Shown: one piece after another, positions 20,446 through 30,263 of the stretch
Numbering within the stretch: the stretch's first letter is position 1
How the letters are laid out: each line of letters opens with the position of its first letter
Assembly (NCBI GenBank): GCA_038746055.1
Contig: JBCDKX010000001.1
Coordinates: 1,215-65,214 of the forward strand
From: Pseudomonadota bacterium
Lineage (GTDB): Bacteria > Pseudomonadota > Alphaproteobacteria > Sphingomonadales > Sphingomonadaceae
Direction: 5' to 3'
DNA: 64,000 nucleotides
The notes under the pieces: model-generated
Databases searched by the model: none
What the model was told of the DNA's origin: nothing
The model's input: the letters and a program-made list of their open reading frames with translations, nothing else
Position numbers and translations under genes: made by a program

Positions 20446-20886
20446 ATGGCGCTCCAAATGCTTGTCGGAACAGCAATGTTGACTGTGACGATAGGAATCG
20501 GAGCCTTCGCCATCATCCTGTGCGCGCGTTTGCTTGAGGCAACACGCGCCATGCGCGTTGGCCCACTCGGACTTTTCGCACACACTATAACAATAACGCT
20601 GATTACCAGCACCCTGGCATTGGTGCTTGTTGCGATAATGGCGCTTTGGGCGGCTCTTTTCCTGGCGCTGGGTATCTTCGAAGGCTTTGAGCCCTCGCTC
20701 TATATTGCCATGATCTCGGCCACGACACTCGGCTATGGCGATGTCACCATGCCAGACCAATGGCGCCTGTTGGCGGGATTCATCGCAACCGATGGGTTTA
20801 TACTGTTCGGGTTGGATACTGCCTTCCTGTTTGAGGTCATGCGGCAGCTTGGTGATCCCACGATGACGAATGATCAAGGTGACTGA
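20446..20886 (+). CDS. Small potassium-channel pore-domain protein (Ion_trans_2-like)
   Basis: 146 aa, hydrophobic, K+ selectivity-filter signature ATTLGYGD; ATG 1 nt after the OMF stop. Confidence 0.8.
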   Translation: MALQMLVGTAMLTVTIGIGAFAIILCARLLEATRAMRVGPLGLFAHTITITLITSTLALVLVAIMALWAALFLALGIFEGFEPSLYIAMISATTLGYGDVTMPDQWRLLAGFIATDGFILFGLDTAFLFEVMRQLGDPTMTNDQGD

Positions 20887-20889
20887 CCT

Positions 20890-22683
20890 ATGAGCTCGCG
20901 CTGCCCGGAAACACGCGTTACGGTATATGTTGATTATAATGTGCTTACGGCCCACGAAGCCCGCCATCTGGTCGAGCGGGCAGTTGACGCCTTTGGCGAT
21001 GAAGTCACGCTAGAGTATCGCTATCTTGTCGGCACGACTTCAAGTGATGAGACACGCTTTTCCGCGCGCACGGCTTTGGCGGCCCGAGCTCTTGGCGACC
21101 TTAAGGAAATGCATGAGGCGTTGCTGGAAAACGGCCCGGTCGCTTCTGAACAAGAGGCGATTACACTTGCAAGCCTGATTGGCTTGCCGTCCAAGACATT
21201 TGTCGCCGCGTTCAACGCTCCAAGTCGTGATGAGGAAATCGAGGCTACACGCCAAGCTGCGCTGGATGCGTCCATTGACGCTGCGCCCGCCCTCACCATC
21301 AATGACCAGCATTATACGGGCCCACTCGATGAATATGCTTTGCGGGAAGCCATCGCCGCAAACGGGCCGCGACCAATCAGCCTTGCCATTTCGGGCTTTT
21401 TTGACTGGGGAGCGTCTGCGGCTTTTGCCCTGTTACTGGCGACACTGGCTGCCCTAACGCTCGTCAATATGGGTTTTTCAGAGAGCTATGAACAATGGCG
21501 CACGCTTGAGCTTGGGTTCGTTTCGGGCACAGCGGGGTATTTGCTGCCACTTGAAGTGTGGGTCAATGATGGCCTGATGGCAATTTTCTTCCTGCTTATC
21601 GGCCTCGAAATCAAACGCGAAATTCTCTATGGCGAGCTCTCCGATATGAAGCGAGCCGCCATGCCGGTAATAGGCGCCATTGGCGGGATGGTCATGCCTG
21701 CTGCGCTTTATGCTGCGATAAACCTTGGCGGACCGGGTGCGCATGGCTGGGGCATTCCGATGGCGACGGATATCGCCTTCACGCTGGGCCTTATGGCATT
21801 GCTTGGAACCGGCGTTCCGATCACGCTCAAAGTCTTCATTTCCGCACTTGCCGTTGCCGATGATCTTGGTGCCATACTTGTCATTGCGATCTTTTACGGA
21901 CACGGGTTCGATTTGGTTGCTTTCCTGTCAGCTGTGGCGTGTGTCGCGGCCCTCGTTGTTCTTAACTGGCGGCGAGTCTACACGATTGCACCTTACATCA
22001 TCATCGGTGTCGTGATGTGGTACTTTATTCATGAAAGCGGGCTTCATGCGACTCTGGCAGGCGTGATTACCGCCGCAATGATACCCTCACGCCCGGGCGG
22101 CGATGTTGTCGGTGCGGCCGCACAAACGGCAGTCATATTCGAACGCGAAATTGCGCATGCTCAATACACTGAGGGCCACACACCTGTCCGGTCAAATGCT
22201 CTGGCGACGTTGCGTTCTGTTGTCGATCGCCTTCAAGAGCCTGCCTATTATTTGGAGCACTTCCTTGAGAGATGGGTGAATTATCTCATCCTGCCACTTT
22301 TTGCCTTTGTGAATACTGGGATCGTGATCGCTGGCGGGATATTTTCAATAGCCGACCCTGTAACACTTGGCATCCTGGTTGGGCTTTGCATCGGCAAGCC
22401 GCTGGGGATTGTCGGAGCCTGCTGGATCGCGACCAGGGCTGGTATCGCAACACTTTCTGAAGAGATCAGCTGGGCCCAGCTCACGGGCGGGGCTGCATTA
22501 GCGGGTGTCGGCTTTACGATGTCTCTGGTTGTGGCCAGCGCCGCTTTCGAGGGCAGCGTACTTGAGGGTGCCAAGCTCTCGATTCTGATCGCTTCGGCTA
22601 TCTCCGCCATTATCGGTCTCGTTGTCCTGAGCCGCGTCAATGCGGTTCGCACAGCACCATCGCGAGAGCCTGCATTTGCATGA
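20890..22683 (+). CDS. nhaA: Na+/H+ antiporter NhaA with N-terminal thioredoxin/DsbA-like domain
   Basis: C-terminal about 430 aa: WVNDGLMAIFFLLIGLEIKRE, GWGIPMATDIAF, LAVADDLGAI, ESGLHATLAG, GKPLGI, GVGFTMSL. N-terminal about 160 aa is DsbA-like but lacks CxxC. Confidence 0.92.
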   Translation: MSSRCPETRVTVYVDYNVLTAHEARHLVERAVDAFGDEVTLEYRYLVGTTSSDETRFSARTALAARALGDLKEMHEALLENGPVASEQEAITLASLIGLPSKTFVAAFNAPSRDEEIEATRQAALDASIDAAPALTINDQHYTGPLDEYALREAIAANGPRPISLAISGFFDWGASAAFALLLATLAALTLVNMGFSESYEQWRTLELGFVSGTAGYLLPLEVWVNDGLMAIFFLLIGLEIKREILYGELSDMKRAAMPVIGAIGGMVMPAALYAAINLGGPGAHGWGIPMATDIAFTLGLMALLGTGVPITLKVFISALAVADDLGAILVIAIFYGHGFDLVAFLSAVACVAALVVLNWRRVYTIAPYIIIGVVMWYFIHESGLHATLAGVITAAMIPSRPGGDVVGAAAQTAVIFEREIAHAQYTEGHTPVRSNALATLRSVVDRLQEPAYYLEHFLERWVNYLILPLFAFVNTGIVIAGGIFSIADPVTLGILVGLCIGKPLGIVGACWIATRAGIATLSEEISWAQLTGGAALAGVGFTMSLVVASAAFEGSVLEGAKLSILIASAISAIIGLVVLSRVNAVRTAPSREPAFA

Positions 22684-22767
22684 GCAGCAAGGGACCTTTC
22701 TGGCGGCTCTTTGCAGTTGGGTTCGGAACGGGCGCATTGATATTCCTATTACTCTGGATCGTCGTCG

Positions 22768-24063
22768 ATGGCTGATAATGACAGCGCATTGAAGCGGATT
22801 GTAGTTGTTGGTGGCGGTGTTGGCGGTCTCGCTTTGGTCAGCGATCTGGGCCGCAGCCTTGGCCGGCAGAAGCGAGCCCATATCACTTTGATAGACCGCG
22901 GCCCTTTGCACGTTTGGAAACCCATGCTGCATGAATTCGCGGCCGGCACCGCTGATCCCCACGACAAAGGACTGGCATTTCCGGTTCAGGCCCGGCGTAA
23001 TCACTTTGCTTTTGTACCAGGAGAGATGGCTTCTCTGGACCATGCCTCACGGGCAATCACAATCGGCTTTCCTGGCACGTTCGATCATCGCCCGCCCCAG
23101 CGCACTGTTCGCTATGACAGACTAGTGCTGGCACTGGGAAGCCGCGCAAATGATTTTGGAACACCCGGTGCTCACCAGCACTGCCACTTCATAGACGACC
23201 TTCGCAATGCGCTTGAGTTCAATGAGATGTTGCGTACCGAAGTCGCAAAACAGGTGTTCACACAAGGCCCTATTCGCGTGGCGATTGTCGGCGGCGGAGC
23301 AACGGGCGTTGAGCTCGCGGCCGAGATACGCAAATTGATCGAGGTCGGCGCGAGCTTTGGCGCCTCTGATCTAGAAAAGCAACTCGATGTGACTTTGATC
23401 GAGGCGAATTCACGGATTCTTAAAGCCATAGATGAAACGGGCGCAGCACGTGCTGCTGAAAGACTAAAAGGGCTTGGCGTGCGCATAGTTTGCAATCAGC
23501 GTGTCGAATCGGTCGATGAACGGGGTTTTGAGTTACCCGGAGGCGAACGGATTGATGCAGCGCTGAAAGTCTGGGCAGCAGGTGTTCGCGCCGGACAATT
23601 GCTCAGCGATGCGCGGGGTCTGGCGGTTAACCGTTCAGGGCAAGTGCAGGTCGACGCCTGGCTGCGAGCAAAGGATGTCGATGGCATCTATGCGTTGGGC
23701 GATTGCAGTTCTCTGGTTCCGGACGGCGCTGAAGCGCCACTACCGCCCACAGCACAAGTCGCCAGTCAGCAGGCAGCTTATCTGGCAAAAGCCATCATGG
23801 ATGATATCCAAGGAAAGCCCAGCGAGCCTTTTCATTACAATGATCGCGGTTCGCTGGTTTCACTTGGCGCGTATGGCAGCTATGGATCGCTTCCGAAAAA
23901 GGGCTTTGTACCCTCCATCCTTATCAGCGGCATGTGGGCGAGCATGCTGCACCCGCTTTTCTTTCGCATCCATATGTTCCGCCTGTTGGGACCGATACTG
24001 GGTTGTGTTGGCTGGCTGAGGGATGGGCTGACATCATGGCTTCGTCCACGGATCAAATTCTGA
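22768..24063 (+). CDS. ndh: Type II NADH:quinone oxidoreductase (NDH-2)
   Basis: Two Rossmann motifs (VVVGGGVGG, IVGGGATGVELA), HVWKPMLHE, VWAAGV, YALGDC, PPTAQVASQQA, Y.DRGSLVSLG. Confidence 0.9.
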   Translation: MADNDSALKRIVVVGGGVGGLALVSDLGRSLGRQKRAHITLIDRGPLHVWKPMLHEFAAGTADPHDKGLAFPVQARRNHFAFVPGEMASLDHASRAITIGFPGTFDHRPPQRTVRYDRLVLALGSRANDFGTPGAHQHCHFIDDLRNALEFNEMLRTEVAKQVFTQGPIRVAIVGGGATGVELAAEIRKLIEVGASFGASDLEKQLDVTLIEANSRILKAIDETGAARAAERLKGLGVRIVCNQRVESVDERGFELPGGERIDAALKVWAAGVRAGQLLSDARGLAVNRSGQVQVDAWLRAKDVDGIYALGDCSSLVPDGAEAPLPPTAQVASQQAAYLAKAIMDDIQGKPSEPFHYNDRGSLVSLGAYGSYGSLPKKGFVPSILISGMWASMLHPLFFRIHMFRLLGPILGCVGWLRDGLTSWLRPRIKF

Positions 24064-24193
24064 TCTGCGCTCTACCAAGGCATATGTCTGGACCAGTTAT
24101 CTGTCTGCTGCGCAGTTCGTCTATGGCACGCTAATAGTATATGCAGAGCTTAAAGGTATAGACTTGAAAGCCCCGCTTTCTGGGCAAACGCAG

Positions 24194-25114
24194 TCATGTC
24201 GCAGGGAGATAGGGGGACTGCATAGGGAAGTCCTGTGTGTGCGGTAATTGGGCAGCAAACGCCCTAAGATGTTTTACGAACGCCTGAATCAACTTGGTTC
24301 TGTGCACATCCATATGCGTGACCAGCCAAACCGGGATGACAATTGGCGGGTCCTTTGGCAAGACTTCAAGAAGCTCGGAATTGGCTTCAATATCGCTATG
24401 TTCAACCAGGCCAAGCCCGCCGCCTGCGCAAATACTGTCGAAAGAGGCTGTGGGATCGTTGCAGATCAGGCTGATATTTCTGGTTGGCGCATCATAAAGC
24501 TCGACAACGTCAAAATGGCCACTGGGGAATTGGATTGCCACGAACCGATGATTGGTCAGATCTTCTGTAGACGATGGTATGCCATATTCTTCAAAATAGC
24601 TTTTGTGTCCGCACATACCGAGTGTGAAATGATGAAGCGGCAGAACGACATAATCGGGTTCTGCGGGCTTGGGGCCAACGCGAATAGCGATGTCCGCTTC
24701 GCCCAGTTCGAGATTGGCGATGCGGTAGTCCGCATTGAGACGAATGGAAACATTCGAATGCAACTGATTGAACGATCGGATAGCAGGGGCAAATACGAGA
24801 AAGGTTCGCCCTAAAGCCGAAAGTGTAAGCACGCCGCCGAGTTCGTCTTCATTATCGCCTGTCTTGCTAACAAATTGGGAAATGAGCTCGTCGGCGCTCT
24901 CTGCTACCGAACGCAAGGCCAGGCCATCTTTGGTCGGGGTATAGCCACTGCTATGACGCAAAAAGAGCTTGGTCTTCAGCCGCTCTTCCAAAGCGTCTAC
25001 ATGACGGCTGACGGTGGCTCGATGAAGACCCAATTCGTCTGCAGCAGCGCGAACGGTTCCCAAACGCGCGACCACCATGGCGGTACGCATCTCACTCCAA
25101 AGATCTATACTCAA
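24194..25114 (-). CDS. LysR family transcriptional regulator
   Basis: N-terminal HTH GTVRAAADELGLHRATVSRHVDALEERLKTKLF; GEADIAIR; 306 aa; divergent from pirin. Confidence 0.9.
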   Translation of the reverse strand: MSIDLWSEMRTAMVVARLGTVRAAADELGLHRATVSRHVDALEERLKTKLFLRHSSGYTPTKDGLALRSVAESADELISQFVSKTGDNEDELGGVLTLSALGRTFLVFAPAIRSFNQLHSNVSIRLNADYRIANLELGEADIAIRVGPKPAEPDYVVLPLHHFTLGMCGHKSYFEEYGIPSSTEDLTNHRFVAIQFPSGHFDVVELYDAPTRNISLICNDPTASFDSICAGGGLGLVEHSDIEANSELLEVLPKDPPIVIPVWLVTHMDVHRTKLIQAFVKHLRAFAAQLPHTQDFPMQSPYLPAT

Positions 25115-25247
25115 GGTCTTTTGCTCACAAGCGGATGGTCGAACCCTCTATTGCTGCCATAATCACGCGAACGCTTACGTTCACGGAAAGTTGCATTGCA
25201 TATGCTGCAACGCAGCGTAAGCCCTTTGCGACATAGGTGCCCGCGCA

Positions 25248-25269
25248 TGCGCATGTGCGGAAATGCGCA
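25248..25269. promoter_or_regulatory. Inverted repeat in the lysR-pirin intergenic region (candidate operator)
   Basis: TGCGCAT-N8-ATGCGCA, perfect 7-bp arms. Confidence 0.35.
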
Positions 25270-25426
25270 CTGCATGCCAATAATCTGAGCGCGCTGAGCT
25301 CAAAGAACTATGCTAATCTATACATCTTAGGGTCGCAGGAACAGACCTTATCTAATCAGTGTATCAAGGGAGGTATGACAATCCTTTGTATCTTTCAAGC
25401 TGATACCAGAGCCGAGGCATCAGCCA

Positions 25427-26275
25427 ATGACCGCGCTTGAGATTATTGCGCCGCGCTCCGAAATGTTGGGACCGCTTAGTATAAGACGCGTCCTACCCAG
25501 TCCGCAGCGCAAAATGGTGGGCCCCTTCATTTTCATGGATCATGGCGGCCCGGCCGAGATTCCGCTTCATCATGCACAAGGTGTTGCCGAGCATCCCCAT
25601 GCCGGCCTGGCCACTTTCACCTATCTTCTGGCAGGAACGATGATCCATCGCGATAGTGCGAACAATTTCGCACGTATCGAAGCAGGCGACATTGCCCTGA
25701 TGACTGCCGGCAGCGGCATCACCCATGAAGAACGTCCAGATCGCGAAGATCCCTCGCCGATGCGTACTGCTTTTTTTCTGCAGATGTGGCTTGCGCTTCC
25801 TGACCGTTTTGAGGACATGCCGCCGGATTTTGAAATGCACAAAGCATCAGACCTGCCAAGCGTTGATCTTTCAGGGGTTACGGCGAAAGTGCTGATAGGC
25901 ACGGCCTGGGGCAAGCGTGCGCCAACGACCACATATTGTGAAACGCTGTTTGCCGACTTGCTATGTTCTCCCATGAGCACTGCCAATCTGCCGGGTGATA
26001 TAGAAGAACGGGCAATTTATCTGCTCGAAGGCGATGCCCGTATCGGGGATCAGGAAGTGCAGCCGCATAGTCTGGTGATTGTGCATGGTGATCGTACCGA
26101 GCGTATTTCAACCGTCTCAGGGTGTCGCGCAATAATATTTGGCGGAGCGCGGTTTGCATCGCCACGTGTCATCGCCGGCAGTTTTGTAGGCTCCTCACTT
26201 TCTAAGGTTCAGGCCTGGCAACAGGCCTATAATATGGGTGAATTTCCCAGCATCAACAGGACTGACGCAGCGTGA
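25427..26275 (+). CDS. Pirin family protein
   Basis: GPFIFMDH, HPHAGLATFTY, MTAGSGITHEE and LQMWLALP motifs. Confidence 0.93.
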   Translation: MTALEIIAPRSEMLGPLSIRRVLPSPQRKMVGPFIFMDHGGPAEIPLHHAQGVAEHPHAGLATFTYLLAGTMIHRDSANNFARIEAGDIALMTAGSGITHEERPDREDPSPMRTAFFLQMWLALPDRFEDMPPDFEMHKASDLPSVDLSGVTAKVLIGTAWGKRAPTTTYCETLFADLLCSPMSTANLPGDIEERAIYLLEGDARIGDQEVQPHSLVIVHGDRTERISTVSGCRAIIFGGARFASPRVIAGSFVGSSLSKVQAWQQAYNMGEFPSINRTDAA

Positions 26276-26373
26276 TCAGACGCTCACGAACACTGTGTAT
26301 TGTTCCAAAAAACACGAGAAAAGGTGTATGCCTGTCGAGTTACTAATTGGAAAATCGAACTATCAGGAGATGT

Positions 26374-26784
26374 ATGATGAAGACGCTTTTGACTGCCGCT
26401 AGCCTTGTTATCTTCACCAGCCCTGCGATCGCCCAAGAATTGTCGCCAGAAGATCTCGGAACCTGGAGGAATAAATCCAACAGTGTCCATATCCAAGTGA
26501 CGCAATGTGGAGAATATACGCGTTGCGGCACCGTTGTTTGGGCGAACGAAAAAGCCAAACGCGATGCCGCCAAAGGCGGTACCGAAAACCTTGTAGGAAC
26601 ACAGATGCTTCGCAAGTTTCGTGAAGGCAAGAAGGGGAAATGGAAGGGGAAAGCCTATGTGGCCGATATTGGCAAGGAGTTCTCAGGCACGATTCAACCG
26701 CTTGATTATAACACCATAGAAGTCAAAGGTTGCATTGCGGGTGGATTGATTTGCAAGACGCAGATCTGGACCCGAGTTCGTTAA
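26374..26784 (+). CDS. DUF2147 family secreted protein
   Basis: Signal peptide; GTW, C...CG.VVW, W.GK.Y...G, VKGCIAGGLICKTQIWTR; GGAG RBS before ATG 26374. Confidence 0.85.
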   Translation: MMKTLLTAASLVIFTSPAIAQELSPEDLGTWRNKSNSVHIQVTQCGEYTRCGTVVWANEKAKRDAAKGGTENLVGTQMLRKFREGKKGKWKGKAYVADIGKEFSGTIQPLDYNTIEVKGCIAGGLICKTQIWTRVR

Positions 26785-26885
26785 CCAAAGCTTTGCGAAC
26801 AGTGGCAATCTGCAGTGCCAGTTTAGAGTATAGAGCCTTACTCTATCCTCATTATTGACTCACATCTCTAATTATCGAAGCCGTT

Positions 26886-27650
26886 ATGCATAGGCAATTT
26901 GCAGCTCTTTTGGCATTGGGACTCGCTTTTGCGCTGTTATGGGTACCATTTGGCCAGCATAAATTCCTTTTTGAGCATTGGATGAAGATCGGTGCTTTCA
27001 TGGCGCCCTTTCTGGTTTTCGTGGCTCTGGCAATACACAATAACCGTTCCACACCTGTCTATCATGACCTCCAAATTCTCTCGGTGCTGATGTTGGCAAG
27101 CTATATATTGCATCAGGTTGAAGAGCATTGGATTGATCTGACCGGCACCCATTACGCGTTTTACGGCTATGTGAACGCCCTGCTTCGCGATGCTCTTGGT
27201 GCACCAGAGAACACCGAGTTCCTGGACCCCGCTGGCATATTCGTGATCAACACATCGCTCGTCTGGCTGGTAGGGTCTTTTGCAATACTGTTCAGCCCTA
27301 AGCGCATATTTCCATTCCTGTGCATGGCGGCCATTACCCTTATCAACGCTGTCAGTCATATCGCTGCAGCCCTAATGACGGCGTCTTATAACCCAGGCCT
27401 GGCAACCTCTGTGCTGATCTTTGTACCAATCGCCCTATTGGGGTTCTATTCAGCCAAGAACGCTGGCGTGAGTACAATAGTGGCAAGTCTGCTTTGGGCC
27501 ATTCTAGCCCATGTCGTCATGGTCGGAGGGATCATAGCGGTAAAGTCAGCACAGATCATATCAGAAGAGACTTACTTCGCCATGCTGATAGGCATTTCAA
27601 TCATAGTTACATTGCCTTCAGGCAATAACTCTAGCGACTCATCTTCATAG
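26886..27650 (+). CDS. HXXEE domain membrane protein
   Basis: Multi-TM protein with ILHQVEEHW, NAVSH and YNPGLATS motifs. Confidence 0.82.
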   Translation: MHRQFAALLALGLAFALLWVPFGQHKFLFEHWMKIGAFMAPFLVFVALAIHNNRSTPVYHDLQILSVLMLASYILHQVEEHWIDLTGTHYAFYGYVNALLRDALGAPENTEFLDPAGIFVINTSLVWLVGSFAILFSPKRIFPFLCMAAITLINAVSHIAAALMTASYNPGLATSVLIFVPIALLGFYSAKNAGVSTIVASLLWAILAHVVMVGGIIAVKSAQIISEETYFAMLIGISIIVTLPSGNNSSDSSS

Positions 27651-27690
27651 CTTTTAGGGCATTGTCGGTGCTGCTGTGGAGATGACGTAA

Positions 27691-27790
27691 CTGTCAATCT
27701 AACGCGAACTCGTCTCTGATAGCTATAATAACTTTGCCGTTCGTTAGGCCATAAGGTTCTGCCAAATCAGTCAGGGGCCGAGTGGCACCG
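27691..27790 (-). mobile_element. IS6-family right-end remnant
   Basis: TGTCAATCTAACGCGAACTCGTCTCTGAT (27692-27720) matches 35031-35059 at 25/29. The minus strand near 27745-27765 reads TGGCAGAACCTTATGGCCTAA (WQNLMA*), like the transposase 3' end at about 35090 (EWQSLMA*). Confidence 0.7.
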
Positions 27791-28117
27791 GCGTCTATGT
27801 GTTCTTCAAACGCACGCTGTCGGCTCAATCGGCAAAGAAGAAAAACGCAAGGCGGTTGAAAATAACGCACAGTCTGCGGAATAAAGCCATGGAACAGTGT
27901 TTGACTGTCTGGCTTTAGTGTGTGAAGCATCGATAGAGTCCCGCCATAAAGCGCGGTGGGGGAGACTTGACGTAATGTTTCACACCCTTGTCATCACCAT
28001 GTTCCGATTTTTGCGGCGCGGTGATAGGTCGCCTCCGGTCTTTCAACAGCTTCCTTGCTACAATGAGCGGGATGACTGGTCGCACATGAGAGCGCACTCC
28101 GCATGGGTCAGCCATCG

Positions 28118-29482
28118 ATGATCCGCAAGAACTTCAAGCTGTGGGTCAGGCTCTGGTTCGCCTACGCAATTGTTGCCTTTCTGGGCGTGTCTACAGTTCT
28201 GGCAGTGTCAAGCGTCATTTTTGAAAGAGCACGCCATGCGGATGCGTATACCCAAGCTAATCTTGAACTTTTCCTATCGACCGAGATTCAATCAGGCATG
28301 TGGTCAGCTGATCCCGCGCCCAGCCCGGAGGTCGCCGAAGAAACGCTTGAGCGATTGCTATTGTTGCGAACACGCGACAGACAGTTCGATGGTAGAGTGA
28401 TTGGGCGTACAGGCGATCCGCAGGCAGCAGTCCTGTTAAGTGACACCGCGGGTAATCTCTTCGTTCAAAGCGTCAGCGATAGGTGGCGAGACAATCGGAT
28501 TTCTGACGAGCTGATCGTAGCGGAAGCGCAAGTTCCCGGGATTGACCGGGTTCTAACTGTCAAGCTTCATGCCCCATTTAGTTATGCCACAACCATATAT
28601 TCGACATTGAGGTTTCTGCCTGAACAAACCATCGGTGTTTTCCTCGTCTCGACGATTCTGGGGTTGTTATGCGGGATCGTTGCGGCTCGCTATGTGACGC
28701 GTCGGCTTGCCCTGATGGATAAGGCAACGGCGCAATGGAGCCAGGGGAACTTTCGCCCCAAGATCGAGCTTGCAAGCGGCGATGAGTTGGGCGTGCACGC
28801 CGAACGATTAAACGCCATGTCGCGCGAGTTGGAAGCTTCGCTGGCGGTGAAAGAAGCGCTCGCTGTCAGCAATGAACGAACGCAGTTGGCTCGCGATTTA
28901 CACGACACCGTAAAACAAAATCTCTTCGCGCTGGGGCTACAACTTGCCTCCTTGCGCGATCGTCTTGAAAAGGCGGGCACCTTGGACGAGGGCCAGCAGC
29001 AGCGGTTGACAGAAGCCGAACAGATCAATCGCGACGCGCAAAACGACCTGGTGGAAATAATCGCGCAATTGCGCACCAGTGATGAAGGTGAAGAAACATT
29101 AGGCGAAAAACTACGTGCGAACGCACTGCGTTTGCGCAAGAAGTTTGATATTGCCGTGAACGTGGACATAAGGGGTGATATGCGGGTTAACTCTCAAACC
29201 GGGCATGACCTGGTGCGAACGGTGGGCGAATTGATCACAAACGCGGTGCGCCATGGGCGTGCTGATACGGTTGACATCACGCTAAAGGGATCGGGCGAAA
29301 TCGCCTTACTCAGCGTTCTCGACAACGGTTCCGGATTTGCCACCGATCAACCCAGATCAGGCTTGGGCTTACAGTCAGTCGCGGGGCGCATTGAAGCTTT
29401 GCCATCAGGCCAGTTTACGATCAAATCGGATATCGGTAGTGGCGCGCGCGCGCAGATCAAGTGGAGACACGCCAGTGGTTGA
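28118..29482 (+). CDS. Sensor histidine kinase (HAMP + HisKA_3, LiaS/NarQ-like)
   Basis: Two TMs, HAMP (DELG...LNAM), H-box ERTQLARDLHDTVKQNLF, ELITNAVRHG, DNGSGF, GLGLQS. Confidence 0.92.
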   Translation: MIRKNFKLWVRLWFAYAIVAFLGVSTVLAVSSVIFERARHADAYTQANLELFLSTEIQSGMWSADPAPSPEVAEETLERLLLLRTRDRQFDGRVIGRTGDPQAAVLLSDTAGNLFVQSVSDRWRDNRISDELIVAEAQVPGIDRVLTVKLHAPFSYATTIYSTLRFLPEQTIGVFLVSTILGLLCGIVAARYVTRRLALMDKATAQWSQGNFRPKIELASGDELGVHAERLNAMSRELEASLAVKEALAVSNERTQLARDLHDTVKQNLFALGLQLASLRDRLEKAGTLDEGQQQRLTEAEQINRDAQNDLVEIIAQLRTSDEGEETLGEKLRANALRLRKKFDIAVNVDIRGDMRVNSQTGHDLVRTVGELITNAVRHGRADTVDITLKGSGEIALLSVLDNGSGFATDQPRSGLGLQSVAGRIEALPSGQFTIKSDIGSGARAQIKWRHASG

Positions 29483-30116
29483 CCATGCAGACGCCGTGAT
29501 CACGATGGTGATCGCCGATGATCATGAAATCGTGCGACGCGGATTGACCACCTTCATCGATGCCGCTGATAATTTCGAGATTATCGGGACCGCGTCAAAC
29601 GGGATCGAGGCGGTTGATGAAGTAGCAGCCAAAGCGCCCGACATCCTGCTCCTTGATCTGCTGATGCCCGGCCAAAGCGCCGAAGAGACGGTGCGGCGCG
29701 CCAAAGCGGCGAGTCCTCGCACACAGATTGTCGTCCTCACATCGCATGAGGGTGAAGAGCATGTTGGCGCTGTCCTTCGCGCGGGCGCCTTGTCCTACGT
29801 TTTAAAGGACATTGCCCCCAAAGACCTGTTAATCGTCATTCGCGATGCGAGCCGTGGCAGTGCGACGATTTCTCAGCGCGTTGCCAAAGGCCTGCTGGAG
29901 CAAAATCAAGGCGAAGCCGGCGATGATTTGACTGCAAGAGAACACGAAGTCTTACGCGCCATTGCCTCGGGCCAATCAAACCGACAGATCGGTGAAGAGC
30001 TTGGGATCGCTGAGCGTACTGTCAAATGCCATGTCAGCAACATCCTATCCAAACTCTACCTTGCGGATCGCACACAGGCGGCCGTCTACGCCTGGAAAAA
30101 GGGTATGGTGGGCTAA
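29475..30116 (+). CDS. NarL/LiaR-type response regulator
   Basis: IADDHEIVR, DILLLDLLMP, VVLTS, YVLKD and LuxR HTH LTAREHEVL...GQSNRQI...VKCHVSNILSKL. GTG 29475 overlaps the kinase stop. Confidence 0.93.
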   Translation: MVDHADAVITMVIADDHEIVRRGLTTFIDAADNFEIIGTASNGIEAVDEVAAKAPDILLLDLLMPGQSAEETVRRAKAASPRTQIVVLTSHEGEEHVGAVLRAGALSYVLKDIAPKDLLIVIRDASRGSATISQRVAKGLLEQNQGEAGDDLTAREHEVLRAIASGQSNRQIGEELGIAERTVKCHVSNILSKLYLADRTQAAVYAWKKGMVG

Positions 30117-30131
30117 TCTGGCGCTAGCCGC

Positions 30132-30176
30132 TACCCGCTTAGGGTAAGAAAAAATGTCGCCCTAGTACCTCAGTAC
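30132..30176. promoter_or_regulatory. Candidate response-regulator sites upstream of the exporter operon
   Basis: TACCCGCTTAGGGTA (30132-30146) and GTACCTCAGTAC (30165-30176) inverted repeats with TAC...GTA arms, reminiscent of NarL-family sites. Confidence 0.35.
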
Positions 30177-30263
30177 GATGCGTCTGATCCGCGCGGTCGG
30201 TAAACCCTCCCACAATCGCAGAGCAAATCTTCCTTTTCGGGGTGGAGCTTGTGAACGCTTGGG

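Noticed and set aside
29337-29474. N-terminal extension of the response regulator
   Set aside because: Lies inside the kinase gene; GTG 29475 fits the receiver domain start.
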